A stretch of 64,000 bases of DNA from the human T2T-CHM13v2.0 reference genome, Homo sapiens, in the NCBI RefSeq assembly GCF_009914755.1, contig NC_060929.1. One strand, given 5' to 3'. The translations under genes were made by a program, and so were the position numbers. Position 1 is the stretch's first letter, and each line of letters starts with the position of its first letter. Under the pieces are notes generated by a model, which did not search any database, was not told the origin of the DNA, and worked only from the letters and a program-made list of their open reading frames with translations. Shown piece after piece: positions 60,335-64,000 of this stretch.

Positions 60335-61320
60335 TTTTAGTCTCCAATTTCTATTCTTCCATTCTCTCTTGAATATTGCACAAACAAAATTTTTCCCTGC
60401 TATTTTACTGCAACTGCTGTCGGCGATGTACCCAATAACCTCCATTTGCTAAATGCTTGATAAATTCTCAAAATTTGCTATATATCGGCAGAATTTGATA
60501 GCGTTGATTACTGTTTTATCACTGATATACTTTATTTACTTGACTTCTAGGACACTATACTCTCTGGTTTTTCTTTTCTGTCACTGGTTATCTTCACAAT
60601 TCCACCACTAATTCTTTCTCCCTTTCAAGTAGACATAGAAATCCCAGAGTATCAGTCTGCATAATTACCTTGGTGATTTCACACCAGCATGTGGCATACA
60701 TATCATCTATATGGTGATAGCTTTTGGAATTATATATTCAGCCTAAATATTCCCCATGAGCTTCTATATCCAGCTGCCTGATCAGCATTTCCACATAACC
60801 ATAGAGCAGTATCTCAAACTTCAAAGGTCTGAATCAAAGTCCTGATCTTTCCCTTAACCAAACCTGTTTCACTTAAAATCTTCCCCATTTCAATAAGTGG
60901 CATCTCTGTATTTTCAAGTTCTTAGTTTAAAACGTTTGTGTCATTCTAGATTCTTCCACATGCAATCCAGTCAAATCTTTCAGCAAATCCTGTTGACTCC
61001 ACATTCTGAAAACTCCTCTCCATCCTCATTGATCTCATTATAGTGAACTACTCTTACTTTTATTGTTGCAGTAGCCTTCTTTTAAGCCTATGTGTACATA
61101 TTATCTGTCTATATATATATATCTTTAAAATACATATATTTTAAAATATATATATATCTTTAAAAAAATTCACGTATTTTTTTCTGTTTACTCACTTGTT
61201 AGAAGGCTTACAAAGACATAAATTATTTTTCTGTTTTGTCTATTTTCACTGCGTTATTCCCAGCAACTAAAAGGGTATGTGATGCACCAAAAGTGTTCAG
61301 TCTTTTCAGTGAAATAGTGA
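60335..61320 (+). mobile_element. L2 LINE fragment(s) flanking the NUMT
   Basis: ccaataacctccatttgctaaat; gcagaatttgatagcgttgat; catcatctatatggtgatag; cttccccatttcaataagtggcatctct. Confidence 0.75.
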
Positions 61321-62627
61321 ACCAAGAGATTAGTTTTATTTTCCTGCAAGATTCATTATGTGAAAACTTAAAACCTAAGAAAGAGTTTGAAAGTTTACTA
61401 ATATGATAAGAGATAGGGATGTTTTAGACTACTCTAAAAATTCACAAGTATGAAATGCTGGGTATTAAGTTGATAGATTGTTGTTAATAATTGATATGTC
61501 AAAAAAATTCAGTACTGAAATTTGAGAAATTCCTGAGTAGACTAAGTCATATCTTCCTTTTTAGTTCAGAAATGAACTGACAGTTAAAAATAATATACTA
61601 CCAACTATACAGGAAGATGGAATTAATATTTAAATTTTTAAAAATGAAATAAGCACAAAACTCCATTTTAAACAATGAATAAAACATAATAAAAACTTTT
61701 TACACGTCTGCAATATATGTAAAACCATTTCTATAACCTTATACAAAAGCCTTTAAAAGTGATTTTGCACAATAGCAACACTAAGCAAGAAATTTGAGTG
61801 AAAAATGCATATGAAAAAGAATTCAAGATGATCAATACACACATGAAAAGTTATTTAACCTCACTAGTAACCAGAGTAAGTTTACATGGTTCTCTGTATT
61901 ATATTGAGAGTGATTGAAAATACAGACAATGCTCAGTTTTAAGAGAGGAATTAGCCTGTGAAAAAGCCCTGATAAGATAAAGTTTAACATGCTCAAGGCA
62001 TGAAAGACAGCCAGTGTTTCTGGAATACAATAAATGAAAGAGAAAACTTAAGCCATTGTAGACTGCAGGAAAGAGGTAGATTTATTTCGAAGTGAAATAG
62101 GGATATTCTTAAAGTTGTATGCAGGTAAATGATAGACTTTGTTTAAATTTTTGAAAGATGATTGTGGCTATTGTGTGAGGACTATATGAGAGCAACAGAA
62201 GTGTGGCAGCTCATTAGGTGGTGTCAACGTTATTCTATGTGAAAGATCATGACGTTCTGTACCATATGATATCTGTGAATATGGAAGAGAAGAATAGAAA
62301 AACCTTTGGGAGGCCTAATTTTCAGATCTGGCTGCTCGGTTGATATAAAGAATGAGGGGTGAAGAAAGAACAAGCATATGCCAAGAAAATGTTTTATAAA
62401 TGACAGAGCTGGGATTTCTGCTTGGCTCTGTCTAATTTAATGTCCCATGTACTTTCACAGTGGTAGATATATTGGGAAGTGAAAGAAATTTAAGCCAGTA
62501 TTCTTCATTTAATCAGGTCCCTACAAATGATTAGGGTGTTGTCATGGGCACAAACTTCTGTAAAAGGTGTAAAAGTTCACTGTCTTTCCTCTCAGACTCC
62601 TCTTTCTTTCCAGTTCTCCTTATGTTA

Positions 62628-63155
62628 GTTGTGGCCAAGACAGTTTTAATTCCCCTGAGTTTAAATAAACTTTAGACAGGCTTCCTCACTAACCTTCCAA
62701 TCTCACTTTTCTTGTAGCAATGACTTAAAAAAAATTGTCGTTGTAAATTTTTTCCCAACCCATTTGAGATGTAAATCTTTTTAAAAGACTGCCAGTTTTA
62801 CAACCCAGGAATGATTTTTTTCTTAAGGGCCTGGGAGCCATCTCTTTGAAATGTCATCATCAAGGAAGATAGACATGCCTATCTCTCATTCTCTGTGGCA
62901 GGGAAACTAACTTTGGTGGACACTTTGCTTCAGGTTGTGAAACTACTTTCTGTCATGAAGAAATTAGAAAGTTTCCTTTTCTTTTAGGTCAGGACAATTA
63001 GCAAACACAGATGGCGTATGTTCTTTCCCACCTCAGCTCTTAAAAACTCTCCTGCCCTTTTGTTTCAAGGGAATTGAGTTCAGACTACATTCTAGTCTTT
63101 CCCCCAATTGCAAGATCCATGAATAAGCCTTCCTTACCTGTTTAACTTTGCCTAG
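62628..63155 (+). mobile_element. ERV1-type solo LTR (MER31/MER34-related; subfamily uncertain)
   Basis: aaactttagacaggcttcctc; gggagccatctctttgaaatgt; TATA-like cttaaaaactct; poly-A signal-like gaataagccttccttacctg. Confidence 0.5.
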
Positions 63156-63446
63156 TTTTATTTAGTAGGGGGGGGATTTGGTGTAGGCACAGGTGTTTTG
63201 GGAACCCAACTGACGGGAAAAAAAGTTAGCGCTAGAATTAGTTTAGATGTAGTGCACATGTGTGTCATACTGCTGTTACTTCTGTGTTCAGTAATTGCTA
63301 ATAAGGTTTCACAGGCTAATAAGGGCAGCACTAATATTCAAGCATCAATTTGTTTGAAATTAATGCTAATGATCTTAACAATATACAAAATTATCTGTCT
63401 CATGTTTAGTGATCCATCAACAGGACTTTTAATTTAAAACCATTCT

Positions 63447-63781
63447 AGCTGGGCCAGGCACAGAGGCTCAGGGCTGTAATCCCAGCATTTTGGGAGGCAG
63501 GTGGGAGGATCACTTGAATCCCAGCAGGTGGGAGGAAAACTTGAAGGCGGGAGTTCAAGACCAGCCTGGGTAAGAAGATGGGACACCGCCCCCCACACCA
63601 CATCTCTACAAACAAAGTAAATAAATAAATAAATAAGCCAGGCACAGTGGCATTGCCTGTAGTCCCAGCTACTCAGGAAGCTGATGCAGAAGGATGTATT
63701 GGGCCTAGGAATTCCAGAATGCAGTAAGCTATGATCATGTCACTTCATTCCAGCCTGGAGCAGAGACAGAGTGAGACTTTG

Positions 63782-63785
<4 letters not shown>
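63447..63785 (+). mobile_element. Alu SINE (AluJ-like) with an internal duplication
   Basis: gctgtaatcccagcattttgggaggc...gagttcaagaccagcctgggt...tgtagtcccagctactcagga...agagtgagact. Confidence 0.9.

Positions 63786-63827
<42 letters not shown>
63786..63827 (+). repeat. (TA)n microsatellite at the Alu tail position
   Basis: About 21 perfect TA units. Confidence 0.95.
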
Positions 63828-63829
<2 letters not shown>

Positions 63830-64000
63830 ATTTGATTCTTACTTATGTCCAGAATTTGTCACTATGAGCCATCTTTTTGTCTGGCTCTACATATATTTTC
63901 ATTCTGATTGCCCACTTCTATCTCACCCATACTTTTTAACCTCACTATTTTTCTCTACTTAGCTATGCCTGAGCACCTACATGTCTCCTTCATCTTATAA

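Overview
This is AT-rich primate (human-like) intergenic DNA with no intact nuclear protein-coding gene, and every ORF in the track derives from a repeat or pseudogene or is a chance ORF. The main features are a full-length EEF1A1 processed pseudogene with target-site duplications (1766-3481), a Y3 RNA retropseudogene (27060-27159), many Alu/L1/L2/MIR/LTR/Tigger elements including a ~6.7 kb old L1, and a 9.1 kb minus-strand NUMT (51196-60305). The NUMT covers mtDNA from COX1 codon 72 to CYTB codon 146, with 11 protein genes or gene parts and 9 tRNAs in native order. From memory this matches human 5q21.1 (the 'ps5' NUMT), which I have not verified. I see no evidence of a new gene system. The most notable unexplained structures are a three-segment inverted/direct/inverted templated insertion at 37032-37385 copied from 40781-41115, a candidate L1 3' transduction inside a Tigger3 element, two 5'-inverted L1s, a local 112-bp duplication, and the NUMT's record of a divergent hominid mtDNA.
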